NCBI GenBank assembly: GCA_038045945.1
Contig: JBBSXC010000004.1
Location: forward strand, 160,001-224,000
Reading direction: 5' to 3'
Length of the DNA stretch: 64,000 nt
Origin: Nanobdellota archaeon
Lineage (GTDB): Archaea; Nanobdellota; Nanobdellia; Pacearchaeales; GW2011-AR1
Below, one piece after another: positions 10,280-19,087 of this stretch (positions are counted from its first letter, which is position 1; each line of letters begins with the position of its first letter). Below the pieces are notes generated by a model. The model saw nothing but the letters and a program-made list of their open reading frames with translations, had not been told where the DNA came from and did not search any database. The translations under genes were made by a program, and so were the position numbers.

Positions 10280-10831
10280 GTGATTAACAAAAAGGTAAAG
10301 TCATTACTTTTAGCAGACACAGCATGGCTCTTTGGCGAGGGAATGTTAGGGCCGCTTTTCGCAGTTTTTGCTCAAAAAATAGGGGGAGACGTATTAGAAA
10401 TAACTTGGGCTTGGGCAACATACCTAATAGTTGCAGGATTATTAATTGTCATAATAGGAAGAATCTCAGATCAAAAAGTAAACAAGAGAAAATTAGTCTT
10501 CTGGGGATACACACTTAATGCCGCACTAACATTCTGCTATTTATTGGTTAATGGACCTCTAGCGCTACTAGGATTACAAATAGGTTTAGGGGTAGCCGCA
10601 GCTATGGCCACACCAACATGGGACGCATTATACTCAGAATATGGAAACAAAAAGAAGTATGGACTAGAGTGGGGATTATCAGATGGATTTGGAGAAATAT
10701 TTGGTGGTTTAGCAATAATAGCTGGAGGAATAATAGTAAGCTACTTTTCCTTCAACACACTATTCATAATAATGGGGATAGTGCAAATAGTAGCAGTAAT
10801 TTTATTATTACCGATAATAAAGAAAAAATAA
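10280..10831 (+). CDS. Half-size MFS transporter (about 6 TM)
   Basis: MFS motif A-like GRISDQKVNKRK after TM2; six hydrophobic segments; only 183 aa. Confidence 0.75.
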   Translation: MINKKVKSLLLADTAWLFGEGMLGPLFAVFAQKIGGDVLEITWAWATYLIVAGLLIVIIGRISDQKVNKRKLVFWGYTLNAALTFCYLLVNGPLALLGLQIGLGVAAAMATPTWDALYSEYGNKKKYGLEWGLSDGFGEIFGGLAIIAGGIIVSYFSFNTLFIIMGIVQIVAVILLLPIIKKK

Positions 10832-11029
10832 TTATGATTTTTTGAACTTTCCAACTTCTTGAATTAGGTCAACTTGCCCCATGAATGCTGACCTGCAACA
10901 ATACCTACTAAGACCTAAACTGTCAAGAACTGATTCAGCAGATTCTCCATTAGAAGTCCTTTTCCTGAATTCTTCATATAGCTGAGCTATAGGCTTACCA
11001 CATGAAAAGCAGCGCATAGGTATAATCAT
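10832..11029 (-). CDS. rpoN: RNA polymerase subunit Rpo10 (N)
   Basis: MIIPMRCFSCGK...RYCCR signature. Confidence 0.97.
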   Translation of the reverse strand: MIIPMRCFSCGKPIAQLYEEFRKRTSNGESAESVLDSLGLSRYCCRSAFMGQVDLIQEVGKFKKS

Positions 11030-11081
11030 AATAATCAGACCAAAGAAGCGTTTTTAAAGCTTTCTGCCGTTTAATAATAAC

Positions 11082-11774
11082 ATGACAGAAACAGTAATAA
11101 AACTAAAAGGAGTGACTAAGTATTACCGAATGGGAGAAACGGTCGTTAAAGCTATTGATGGAATAGACCTAGAAGTAAAGAAAGGAGACTTCGTAGCAAT
11201 AATGGGGCCTAGTGGAAGCGGGAAAAGCACAGCTATGAACCTAGTAGGAAGTTTAGACCTAGCAACAGGCGGAACAATACAATTAGACGGAGTAAACATA
11301 AACAACCTAAGTGAATCAGACTTAGCACAAATAAGGGGAAGAAGAATAGGATTCATATTCCAACAATTCAACCTAGTACCAAATTTAACAGCAAAAGAAA
11401 ATATTATTCTACCAATGATATTCCAAGAAAAAAGCAAAGCAGAAAGAGAAAAAAAGGCTAAAGAATTACTAAAACTAGTAGACTTAGAAAACAGAGAAGA
11501 CCACTACCCAAACCAACTGTCAGGAGGACAACAACAAAGAGTAGCAATAGCAAGATCATTAGCAAACGACCCAGAAGTAATATTAGCCGACGAACCAACA
11601 GGGAACCTAGACACAAAAAACGGAGAAAAAATAATGAATTTCTTAGAAAAATTACACAAATCAGGAAAGACAATAATAATGGTAACACACGACCCACACC
11701 TAGCAGGTCAGCACGCAAAAACAGTATACTGGGTCAAAGATGGAAAGATAGAAAAAGTAACAAGAAAAAAGTAA
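11082..11774 (+). CDS. ABC transporter ATP-binding protein (LolD/MacB-type)
   Basis: GPSGSGKS, LSGGQQQR, ILADEPTGNLD, VTHD; no permease adjacent. Confidence 0.93.
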   Translation: MTETVIKLKGVTKYYRMGETVVKAIDGIDLEVKKGDFVAIMGPSGSGKSTAMNLVGSLDLATGGTIQLDGVNINNLSESDLAQIRGRRIGFIFQQFNLVPNLTAKENIILPMIFQEKSKAEREKKAKELLKLVDLENREDHYPNQLSGGQQQRVAIARSLANDPEVILADEPTGNLDTKNGEKIMNFLEKLHKSGKTIIMVTHDPHLAGQHAKTVYWVKDGKIEKVTRKK

Positions 11775-11835
11775 GAAGACGAGAATAACACTAAAGTAGA
11801 GAAAACTTTAAAAGAGGCAATTAATTACGACCGTA

Positions 11836-12030
11836 ATGAAGAAGTGTGTTTATTGCAAAACAGAGTTAAAAGAAGATGTAGTTCTTGAAGTATGCATAAA
11901 CTGCGGTCGAGGAATATGGGGAGAAAAAATGTTTAACACAATAGTGAAAAGCATGGAAGACGCAGACAGCAGAGGAAGTCTAATGCAAGGAAGCGTAGGA
12001 TCAGACAACCAAGGGAAAAAGGCAATTTAA
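11836..12030 (+). CDS. Small zinc-finger protein, hypothetical
   Basis: CVYC...CINC; TATA-like TTTAAAA upstream. Confidence 0.65.
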   Translation: MKKCVYCKTELKEDVVLEVCINCGRGIWGEKMFNTIVKSMEDADSRGSLMQGSVGSDNQGKKAI

Positions 12031-12189
12031 AAACAAAGATAATTCTTTTAAACAAAAAAAAGAGGAATATCCCAAAAAGAGGGGTAGAGGTAACGATGTG
12101 TCTGAAGAAAAATCAGAGATTCACCACATAACAAAGCTTAAAAAGCCTGCTTGAGAAATAATTTTGAATACTCAGGAAAAATAAGAAAA

Positions 12190-12441
12190 ATGATAAAAAG
12201 AAAACAAGTAAAACAACGAGGAAAAATAAGACTTAGCGAATACTTCAAAAATTTGAAGGATGGAGAAAGAGTAGCAATAGTCAGAGAACTATCAGAAAAC
12301 CCAAAATTCCCATACCAATTACAAGGAAGAAGCGGAGTAATAGCAGGAAAAAGAGGAGGAGCATACATAGTAAAAATTATGGATTTTGACCAAGAAAAAA
12401 CACACATAATCCAAGCAATACACCTAAAAAAATTAAAATGA
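12190..12441 (+). CDS. rpl21e: 50S ribosomal protein L21e
   Basis: GERVAI..., GRSGVIAGKRGGAYIV, IHLKKL; ATG 12190 preferred over upstream TTG; precedes rpoF-DUF655 as in other archaea. Confidence 0.92.
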   Translation: MIKRKQVKQRGKIRLSEYFKNLKDGERVAIVRELSENPKFPYQLQGRSGVIAGKRGGAYIVKIMDFDQEKTHIIQAIHLKKLK

Positions 12442-12743
12442 TAATAGAACTAAAACCACTTTCACTAACAGAATCTGAAGAATTAATAGATGATTCACAA
12501 GAAGATAAAAAAGAAATAAAAGCATTCATAAAAAAATTCAGCAAGATTAGCGAAAAAGACGCAAAAAAGTTAAGAGAAGAATTAGAATCATTAGAATCAA
12601 TGAGAGTTAAATCAGAACACATAGCAAAAATCGTAGATATACTACCAGAAGATGCTGAAGACGTAGCAAAAATATTTGTCGATACAAACTTAAACAAAGA
12701 AGAAACAGAGGGGATTCTTGAACTTGTCAAGAAATACAATTAA
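12438..12743 (+). CDS. rpoF: RNA polymerase subunit Rpo4 (F)
   Basis: KIVDILPEDAEDV HRDC-like motif; conserved rpl21e-rpoF-DUF655 order. Confidence 0.88.
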   Translation: MIIELKPLSLTESEELIDDSQEDKKEIKAFIKKFSKISEKDAKKLREELESLESMRVKSEHIAKIVDILPEDAEDVAKIFVDTNLNKEETEGILELVKKYN

Positions 12744-12748
12744 CAACA

Positions 12749-13285
12749 ATGGAACGAGAAGAACACGCAATTATTTTAGATTATCTACCATACGGTTATC
12801 CCCTGGAGAATAAAAGAATGCCATTAGCACAAGCAATCGGATCAACAGGATTCACACTACTAGAATTAATACCAAGAAAAGGAATGAGCTTAGAACTAAA
12901 AGAAAAGGTATATATAGGCTCAGGGAAGAGAGATAAAATATATTATATTCTGGGAAAACTTCCAGGAGAAAAATTAACAGAAACTGCAAAGGCAAACCTT
13001 AACGATTTTATCGCGCAAGCAGTTGCAGAGAACGAAAAAGGGTTTGTTGAGTTTTTCAACAAAGCAGAAGCGATAAACACAAGACTACACCAAATAGAAC
13101 TACTGCCAGGGTTCGGGAAAAAACACATGACTGAAATACTAAAAGCAAGAGAGGTAAAACCCTTCGAAAGCTTTAGCGACATAAGAGAAAGAATACCATC
13201 AGTACCAAACCCAACAAAAGCAATAGAGAAAAGAATGCTAAGCGAATTAACAGAAAACGAAAGACACAAACTTTTCGTTAAATAA
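12749..13285 (+). CDS. DUF655 family RNA-binding protein
   Basis: ILDYLPYG, FTLLE, RLHQIELLPGFGKK helix-hairpin-helix. Confidence 0.9.
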   Translation: MEREEHAIILDYLPYGYPLENKRMPLAQAIGSTGFTLLELIPRKGMSLELKEKVYIGSGKRDKIYYILGKLPGEKLTETAKANLNDFIAQAVAENEKGFVEFFNKAEAINTRLHQIELLPGFGKKHMTEILKAREVKPFESFSDIRERIPSVPNPTKAIEKRMLSELTENERHKLFVK

Positions 13286-13289
13286 AAAA

Positions 13290-13814
13290 ATGGAAAATCC
13301 AAAAATACAACAACAAAAAGCAGAAAAAGTATCAGCAAGGCCAGAACCAGAAGTAACAGAAGCACTGATAAGAATAATGGACAGGGACGTAAAAGCCGGA
13401 AGAAAAGTTGTAGCAGGACTAATGAGGATCAAAGGAATATCATGGGCAATGTCAAACGGAATAATGATATCACTAAAAATAAGCCCAACAAAAAGAATAG
13501 GAGAATTAACAAAAGACGAAATTAAAAAAATAGAAGAATTCATAAGAAACCCAAAATTACCATCATTCTTACTAAACAGAAGAAAAGACGTAGACTCAGG
13601 AGAAGATCTACACCTAACAGGATCAGACTTAGACCTAAGAAAAGAATTCGACATAAAACTACTGAAAAAAATAAGAAGTTACAGAGGACTAAGACACGCA
13701 CTTGGACTACCAACAAGAGGACAAAAAACAAGAAGCCACTTCAGAGAAAATAAAAAATCAAGATTAACTGTAGGCGTAGGCGGAAAGAAACCTGCAGCAA
13801 GCGGAGGTAAATAA
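13290..13814 (+). CDS. rps13: 30S ribosomal protein S13
   Basis: LLNRRKD, SYRGLRH..GLPTRGQKTRS. Confidence 0.97.
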   Translation: MENPKIQQQKAEKVSARPEPEVTEALIRIMDRDVKAGRKVVAGLMRIKGISWAMSNGIMISLKISPTKRIGELTKDEIKKIEEFIRNPKLPSFLLNRRKDVDSGEDLHLTGSDLDLRKEFDIKLLKKIRSYRGLRHALGLPTRGQKTRSHFRENKKSRLTVGVGGKKPAASGGK

Positions 13815-14317
13815 TGGCCTGGACAAGAAAACACAAAAGATACTCAAGACCAAGAAAACCATTCGATAAGCAAAGAATAGAAGAAGAAAACAAAATAGCA
13901 GAAGAATTCGGACTAAAAAACAAGAGAGAAATATGGAAAGCAGAAGCAGCAGTAGGAAGACTGCGAAGAAGAGCAAAAAAACTAATAACAGCAAGCGCAG
14001 AAAAACAAGGAGAATTATTCAACAAACTAAAAGAAATGGGACTAAAAGTAACATCAATACCAGAGGTATTAGCATTACAAAAAAGCGACTGGATGCAAAG
14101 AAGACTACAAACAATAGTAATGAAGAAAAAATTAGCAAAAACACCAAAACAAGCAAGACAAATGATAGCACATAAATTAGTAATGATTGACGGAAACATA
14201 GTGAACCAACCATCATACATAGTAACAGTAGAAGAAGAAAACAAAATAAGCCTTAGAGAAGCAAAAGCAAAAAAGGAAACAAAAACACCAAAAGAAGAGG
14301 TAAAACAAAATGAGTAA
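13814..14317 (+). CDS. rps4: 30S ribosomal protein S4
   Basis: FGLKNKREIW, RRLQTIV, QARQMIAH. Confidence 0.97.
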   Translation: MAWTRKHKRYSRPRKPFDKQRIEEENKIAEEFGLKNKREIWKAEAAVGRLRRRAKKLITASAEKQGELFNKLKEMGLKVTSIPEVLALQKSDWMQRRLQTIVMKKKLAKTPKQARQMIAHKLVMIDGNIVNQPSYIVTVEEENKISLREAKAKKETKTPKEEVKQNE

Positions 14318-14696
14318 AGAAGAAACACAAACAGGAATACTGCACATATTCACAAGCTTTAACAACACGATAGTGCACTTAACAGACCTGTCAGGACACA
14401 CAATAGCAAGAATATCAGGCGGAATGATAACAAAACAAGACAGACTAAAAGCAAACCCAACAGTAGCAATGTTCATAGCAAAGAAAATATCAGAAGCAGC
14501 TAACGAAATAAACATGAAAGACCTATATGTAAGAATAAGAGCTAAAACAGGACAAGACACACCAGGACCTGGAGCACACGCAGTAATAAAATCATTATCA
14601 AGAGACGGATTCAAAATAATAAGCATATCAGATGTAACAAGAGTACCAAGAGGAGGACCTAAGGTTAAGGGAGGAAAGAGAGGTAGAAGAGTATAA
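14310..14696 (+). CDS. rps11: 30S ribosomal protein S11
   Basis: SFNNTIVHLTDLSG, PGPGA, DVT..P, GGKRGRRV. Confidence 0.97.
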   Translation: MSKEETQTGILHIFTSFNNTIVHLTDLSGHTIARISGGMITKQDRLKANPTVAMFIAKKISEAANEINMKDLYVRIRAKTGQDTPGPGAHAVIKSLSRDGFKIISISDVTRVPRGGPKVKGGKRGRRV

Positions 14697-14727
14697 GCTT
14701 AAAAACCGATAAAATAATAAAAACACT

Positions 14728-15465
14728 ATGATGATTCACAAAAAAACAAAAGATAAAATAGTATTTTCAGCAGAAATAAACGACTCATTAGCAAACGCTA
14801 TAAGAAGATCAGTTCAAGAAGTACCAATATTAGCAGTTGACGAACTAGAAATATTCAAGAATGACTCAGTATTATACGACGAAATAATAGCTCACAGAAT
14901 AGGACTAACACCGCTAAAGAACGAACTATCAGGAAAAGACAAAAAGAAAGGAGAAGAATACGAAGTAAAACTAAAATTAACAAAGAAAGGCCCAGGAACA
15001 GTTTATTCTGGAGACTTAACAGGCGATGCAGAAGTAGTATTCAAAGAAATGCCAATAACAGTTCTAAAGAAAGGACAAGAAATAGAACTAGTAGCAACAG
15101 CAAAAATAGGCCAGGGAATAGCACACGTAAAACACACGCCAGGACTTGTACACTATAGAGAATTTTATGAAGCAACACCAAAGAAAGGCAAGAATCTTGA
15201 CAAAGAATTCATAAGCGAATTCCCAAGCTTGATGATAAGCCTCAACGAAGAAGGAAACGAAGCAGAATTCGAAAGACATAAACTGCAAAGTGGAAAAATG
15301 TTCGGGGAAGCATTCAAATTATACAAAGATGACATAACAACAAGTAAAGCAAACGGTCTAATGTTCTTCGTAGAATCATTCGGACAAATAGACGCAGAAA
15401 AAATAATTATCGAAGCTGTAGAGGCACTAAAAATTAATCTTAATCAATTCAAAGAAGAAAATTAA
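14728..15465 (+). CDS. rpoD: RNA polymerase subunit Rpo3 (D), without Fe-S cysteines
   Basis: LANAIRR, NDSVLYDEIIAHRIGL, FFVESFGQ. Confidence 0.95.
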   Translation: MMIHKKTKDKIVFSAEINDSLANAIRRSVQEVPILAVDELEIFKNDSVLYDEIIAHRIGLTPLKNELSGKDKKKGEEYEVKLKLTKKGPGTVYSGDLTGDAEVVFKEMPITVLKKGQEIELVATAKIGQGIAHVKHTPGLVHYREFYEATPKKGKNLDKEFISEFPSLMISLNEEGNEAEFERHKLQSGKMFGEAFKLYKDDITTSKANGLMFFVESFGQIDAEKIIIEAVEALKINLNQFKEEN

Positions 15466-15504
15466 GTTTTTAAAGTGAGGACCTCACTTTAATACCGTGA
15501 AGGC

Positions 15505-15588
15505 GCGGGATTGCCGGAGCGGTCAAACGGGTGTGGTTAAGGACCACATGGCTTAGTGCCTGCATAGGTTCGATCCCTATATCCCGCA
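15505..15588 (+). tRNA. tRNA-Leu(AAG)
   Basis: Body nearly identical to tRNA-Leu(CAA) at 8788; anticodon stem TGTGG/CCACA encloses TTAAGGA, giving U33-A34A35G36-G37. Confidence 0.92.
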
Positions 15589-15607
15589 TCACAAAAGTGA
15601 AAGAAAA

Positions 15608-15985
15608 ATGAGTATATCAAAAAGAACAATAAAAGCAAGGACAACACAGAAAACGAATTCTGAACTAGTTGATACTATACACGCAGCAAGAAAGAATTCG
15701 GTTTGGGTTGAAAAAGGAATAGCAAGATACTTATCAGGATCAACAAGAGTTATGCCAGAAGTAAACTTAAACATGCTAGAAAAAAACTGCGAAGCAGGAG
15801 ACATAGCGATAGTCCCAGGAAAGATATTAGGAACAGGAAGCATAAACAAAAAAATAAAGGTTTGCGCATTCAAATTCTCAAAACAAGCAATGGAAAAACT
15901 AAAAGCAAAAAAGTGCGAAACAGGAAGCATAATGGACGAAATAAAAAATAATCCTAAAGCAACAGGAGTAAAAATAATAATATGA
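15608..15985 (+). CDS. rpl18e: 50S ribosomal protein L18e
   Basis: EVNL, IVPGKILGTG, AFKFS..A, NPK.TGVKII. Confidence 0.95.
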   Translation: MSISKRTIKARTTQKTNSELVDTIHAARKNSVWVEKGIARYLSGSTRVMPEVNLNMLEKNCEAGDIAIVPGKILGTGSINKKIKVCAFKFSKQAMEKLKAKKCETGSIMDEIKNNPKATGVKIII

Positions 15986-16398
15986 ACACACAAACACTAA
16001 CAATCGATGCAGAAAACGCCGTTGCTGGAAGACTAGCAAGCTTCATAGCTAAACAATTATTATTAGGCAAAACAGTAAACGTTGTTAACTGTGAAAAAGC
16101 AATAATCATAGGAAGACCAGCAGACATAACAGGAAAATATTTAGCACTAAGAAGAAAAGGTGGTAGTGCAATGAAAGGGCCTCTTTTCCCATCAACACCT
16201 GAAAGAATAATGAAAAGAATAATCACAGGAATGCTACCTCACAAAAAAGGAAGAGGAGAAGACGCAGAAAAAAGAATTAAGTGTTACGAAGGAATACCAG
16301 AAACACTAAAAGACCAAAAACTAATAAAATCAAGCAGAGAATCAGTACCGATAAAGTCAATAACAATAAAAGAATTATCAATAAAAATAAAACATTAA
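15982..16398 (+). CDS. rpl13: 50S ribosomal protein L13
   Basis: IDAENAVAGRLAS, GPLFP, GMLPHK..RG. Confidence 0.96.
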   Translation: MNTQTLTIDAENAVAGRLASFIAKQLLLGKTVNVVNCEKAIIIGRPADITGKYLALRRKGGSAMKGPLFPSTPERIMKRIITGMLPHKKGRGEDAEKRIKCYEGIPETLKDQKLIKSSRESVPIKSITIKELSIKIKH

Positions 16399-16402
16399 AC
16401 AC

Positions 16403-16807
16403 ATGAAAGCAGAAATAGTAACATCAGGAAAAAGAAAAGCATCAAAAGCAAGCGCAGCAATAATAGCAGGAAGCGGAAAAATAACAGTTAACGGAAAACC
16501 TTACGCAAGACTATCAATATTTCGAAGACTAAGCATTGAAGAACCAATAAACATCGCCAGAGAAGTATTAGGAAACACAGACTTCGACATCTGGGTAACT
16601 ATGCATGGCGGAGGAAAAGAAGGACAAGTTGAGGCTGCTAGACTAGCAATCGCAAGAGCAATAGTTAAATTCTCAAAATCAGACACACTAAAAAAGACTT
16701 TTTCATTATACGATAAGTCATTAATGATCGCTGATGTAAGAAGAAAAGAAGCATACAAACCTGGAGATTCTAAAGCAAGAAGCAAGAGACAGAAATCATA
16801 CAGATAA
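16403..16807 (+). CDS. rps9: 30S ribosomal protein S9
   Basis: GKRK, GGG..GQ.EA, D.RRKE..KPG...AR...QKSYR. Confidence 0.97.
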   Translation: MKAEIVTSGKRKASKASAAIIAGSGKITVNGKPYARLSIFRRLSIEEPINIAREVLGNTDFDIWVTMHGGGKEGQVEAARLAIARAIVKFSKSDTLKKTFSLYDKSLMIADVRRKEAYKPGDSKARSKRQKSYR

Positions 16808-16828
16808 GAATACAAAAAAAAAGATTTT

Positions 16829-17668
16829 TTATTCAGACATTATTCTATCAAGTGGTGAACCAACTTTCTTTAACTGCTCACTAGAAACATGTGTGTATAT
16901 TTGAGTTGTCGATAAGTCACTATGACCTAATAATTCTTGTATTATTCTAATATCAACACCAGACTCTAAAAGATGAGTAGCAAAAGAGTGACGAAGAGTG
17001 TGACAATGAACACTCTTATTAATAAGAGCTCTAGCAGCAGTTTGCCGAACAATTTTTTGCAAGTTTTGGGAGGTAATAGAACCACCGCTCCTGCCGCTAA
17101 ATAAGAGTTCACTACCAGAAGAAGTTTGAAGAGCAACCTGTTTTTTTAGATCATTAACTAAATAATTAGGTATATTAAAAATTCTGTCCTTATTACCCTT
17201 AGCTTTCTTAATACGACCAATCTTTTCATCAAAGTGTAAACTACTACACTTAAGATTAATTAGTTCGGATATCCTCATACCCGACGCGTAAAGCAGACTA
17301 ATAATAAGCTTACTCTTAGGAGTTTTAGAATTAGCTATGAGCCGTAAAACTTCTTCTCTAGTTAAAACATCGGGAAGTTTCCTTTCCTTCTTAGGCCTCT
17401 TAATACCAACAGTAGGATCAACAGAAAAAACACTTGAGTAAGAAAACCTTATAGCAGCCAAAAAAAGAATTACTGAACTACCAGACTTATCAGAATAATT
17501 CTCAGACAAAAAAAGTTTTATGTCATCAAGACTTATATCCTTAGGATCTTTATTAGAAAAATCTAATAATTCCCTATTAGCAGATAAATAATTCCTTATA
17601 GTGTATGGACTATTCTTAGAAATTTTTAGTTCTACCTCGACTTTTTTAAGAAAATCCTCTTTATTCAT
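16829..17668 (-). CDS. xerA: XerA/XerD-like tyrosine recombinase
   Basis: SGMRISE (catalytic R), KGNKDR, HTLRHSFATH, LGH...TTQIY; 279 aa with SAM-like N-terminal domain. Confidence 0.9.
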   Translation of the reverse strand: MNKEDFLKKVEVELKISKNSPYTIRNYLSANRELLDFSNKDPKDISLDDIKLFLSENYSDKSGSSVILFLAAIRFSYSSVFSVDPTVGIKRPKKERKLPDVLTREEVLRLIANSKTPKSKLIISLLYASGMRISELINLKCSSLHFDEKIGRIKKAKGNKDRIFNIPNYLVNDLKKQVALQTSSGSELLFSGRSGGSITSQNLQKIVRQTAARALINKSVHCHTLRHSFATHLLESGVDIRIIQELLGHSDLSTTQIYTHVSSEQLKKVGSPLDRIMSE

Positions 17669-17715
17669 AAGACAGATTGTACAAACTCGTTTATAATTCT
17701 ATCTTAGGGAAAAAA

Positions 17716-18531
17716 TTATTTTTTCCCACCAAGAGGTATCTCAAAACCTATCGACAACATCGAACCATCTGACAGGTCAGCATAAGTAAAACTTTGAGAC
17801 TTTGACAGGTAAGCCAAGTAATTATTGCTGTTAACCTCATTACCAGTTATCTCAGATAATGAATTATTATCTAATCTTAAAAAAAACTTTACTGGAACAC
17901 CACCGATCATTCTCTTTTTAGTGCTTAACTCCCCACCAATATTGTTTATGCCATCAGGGCCACCACTAAGATGAAGGCTATACTTTAATTTTTTAAGACC
18001 ATCATAACCAACAACATCTCCAAGGTCCCCTTTACCATAATTTTTTACTTTGTGGGTTACACCATAATAAAAGTCAGCTATCCCTGAAAGCCCTGGAAGA
18101 ATACTATCAGCCATTAACCTTATAGCCACTTCTTTTGATTCGCTAGAACCCGGCTGCTCCCCCTCACCCAAGTGCTGTGTTGCCTCATCAGACACCCTTC
18201 TTGCCCTAGAAGCATCTATTTTACTTGGAAGGTTATTGTTGTAATCAGAAACAGACAAACTTGCTGAGCTTACAATAAAACAGTTAGCTAGCAAAGGATT
18301 ATCACCAGGATTATAATTTATCATCTCATAATTGTCTCCTTCCCCAGATTTTTCATCTTTACGCTCTTTAGGCTTGCTATTAAGACTATCTGAAAGCTCC
18401 CCCATCATCGCTTTTGTTTGCCTTTGTTCTGTCAACTCATAATAAACGTTTTTAACATCCCCTGTGGATATACAGCTTGCTCCAGACAAGGATAGTAACG
18501 TTAGCAGTGAAGGCATAATTTTTCTCTTCAT
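17716..18531 (-). CDS. Hypothetical lipoprotein-like protein
   Basis: MKRK + hydrophobic stretch + LSGASC lipobox-like motif; no recognised family. Confidence 0.55.
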   Translation of the reverse strand: MKRKIMPSLLTLLSLSGASCISTGDVKNVYYELTEQRQTKAMMGELSDSLNSKPKERKDEKSGEGDNYEMINYNPGDNPLLANCFIVSSASLSVSDYNNNLPSKIDASRARRVSDEATQHLGEGEQPGSSESKEVAIRLMADSILPGLSGIADFYYGVTHKVKNYGKGDLGDVVGYDGLKKLKYSLHLSGGPDGINNIGGELSTKKRMIGGVPVKFFLRLDNNSLSEITGNEVNSNNYLAYLSKSQSFTYADLSDGSMLSIGFEIPLGGKK

Positions 18532-18630
18532 CCTTTCGGATTAATATTCCCTAGTATTAAAACCTTATTGACTGATGACTGGTAACAGATTAACCTTTTA
18601 TATAACTTGTAGCTTTTAACATTTACCTAA

Positions 18631-18702
18631 GGGCTTATAGTATAGTGGCTAGTACGCATCGTTCGCAACGATGAGACTCGAGTTCAATTCTCGATAAGTC
18701 CA
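18631..18702 (+). tRNA. tRNA-Ala(CGC)
   Basis: GGGCTTA/TAAGTCC acceptor stem with G3:U70; anticodon arm CATCG-TTCGCAA-CGATG. Confidence 0.95.
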
Positions 18703-18709
18703 TAAATTT

Positions 18710-19015
18710 TTATCCAGTTGAAAGGCGAGGCGATGTATGATTCCTCTCGCTAGAATATTTTGTTGCCTCTTCTTCAAGATCACTCATAAGAACAACCCTG
18801 CCCTCAGTTATATTAATCAGTTCTATTAAGCATACATCGGACCCAGGATTTTCTATTTCCAACCTTTTAGACCCTAGAGGACACTTATTTTTTGATGCGT
18901 CTATATCGCTTCCAGCTACAAATTCCAAGTATTTTGGAACCCTCTCATCACCACTAATCAATAAATAATTAGCCCTGTAGAAATCCAAAACACGATGCAT
19001 CGGAATAGCCATCAC
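18710..19015 (-). CDS. Hypothetical protein
   Basis: ORF filling the gap with TATA-like TTTATA upstream on minus strand; no family recognised. Confidence 0.45.
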   Translation of the reverse strand: MMAIPMHRVLDFYRANYLLISGDERVPKYLEFVAGSDIDASKNKCPLGSKRLEIENPGSDVCLIELINITEGRVVLMSDLEEEATKYSSERNHTSPRLSTG

Positions 19016-19087
19016 TTAATGTAACAAACAATGCATATAAATTTTCCTAAAGAAAAGCTTTAAATGGTTATTAGAGGTAGTTTCATT

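Noticed and set aside
16829-17668. Recombinase as an integron integrase IntI
   Set aside because: At 279 aa it lacks the IntI-specific insertion before the HxxR box, and no attC-type GTTRRRY hairpins were seen
16829-18702. xerA plus tRNA-Ala as an integrated virus or island
   Set aside because: The only match to the tRNA 3' end that I saw is 10 bp (TCGATAAGTC, 16909-16918) encoding the conserved recombinase box; xerA has core-like codon bias and there are no viral genes
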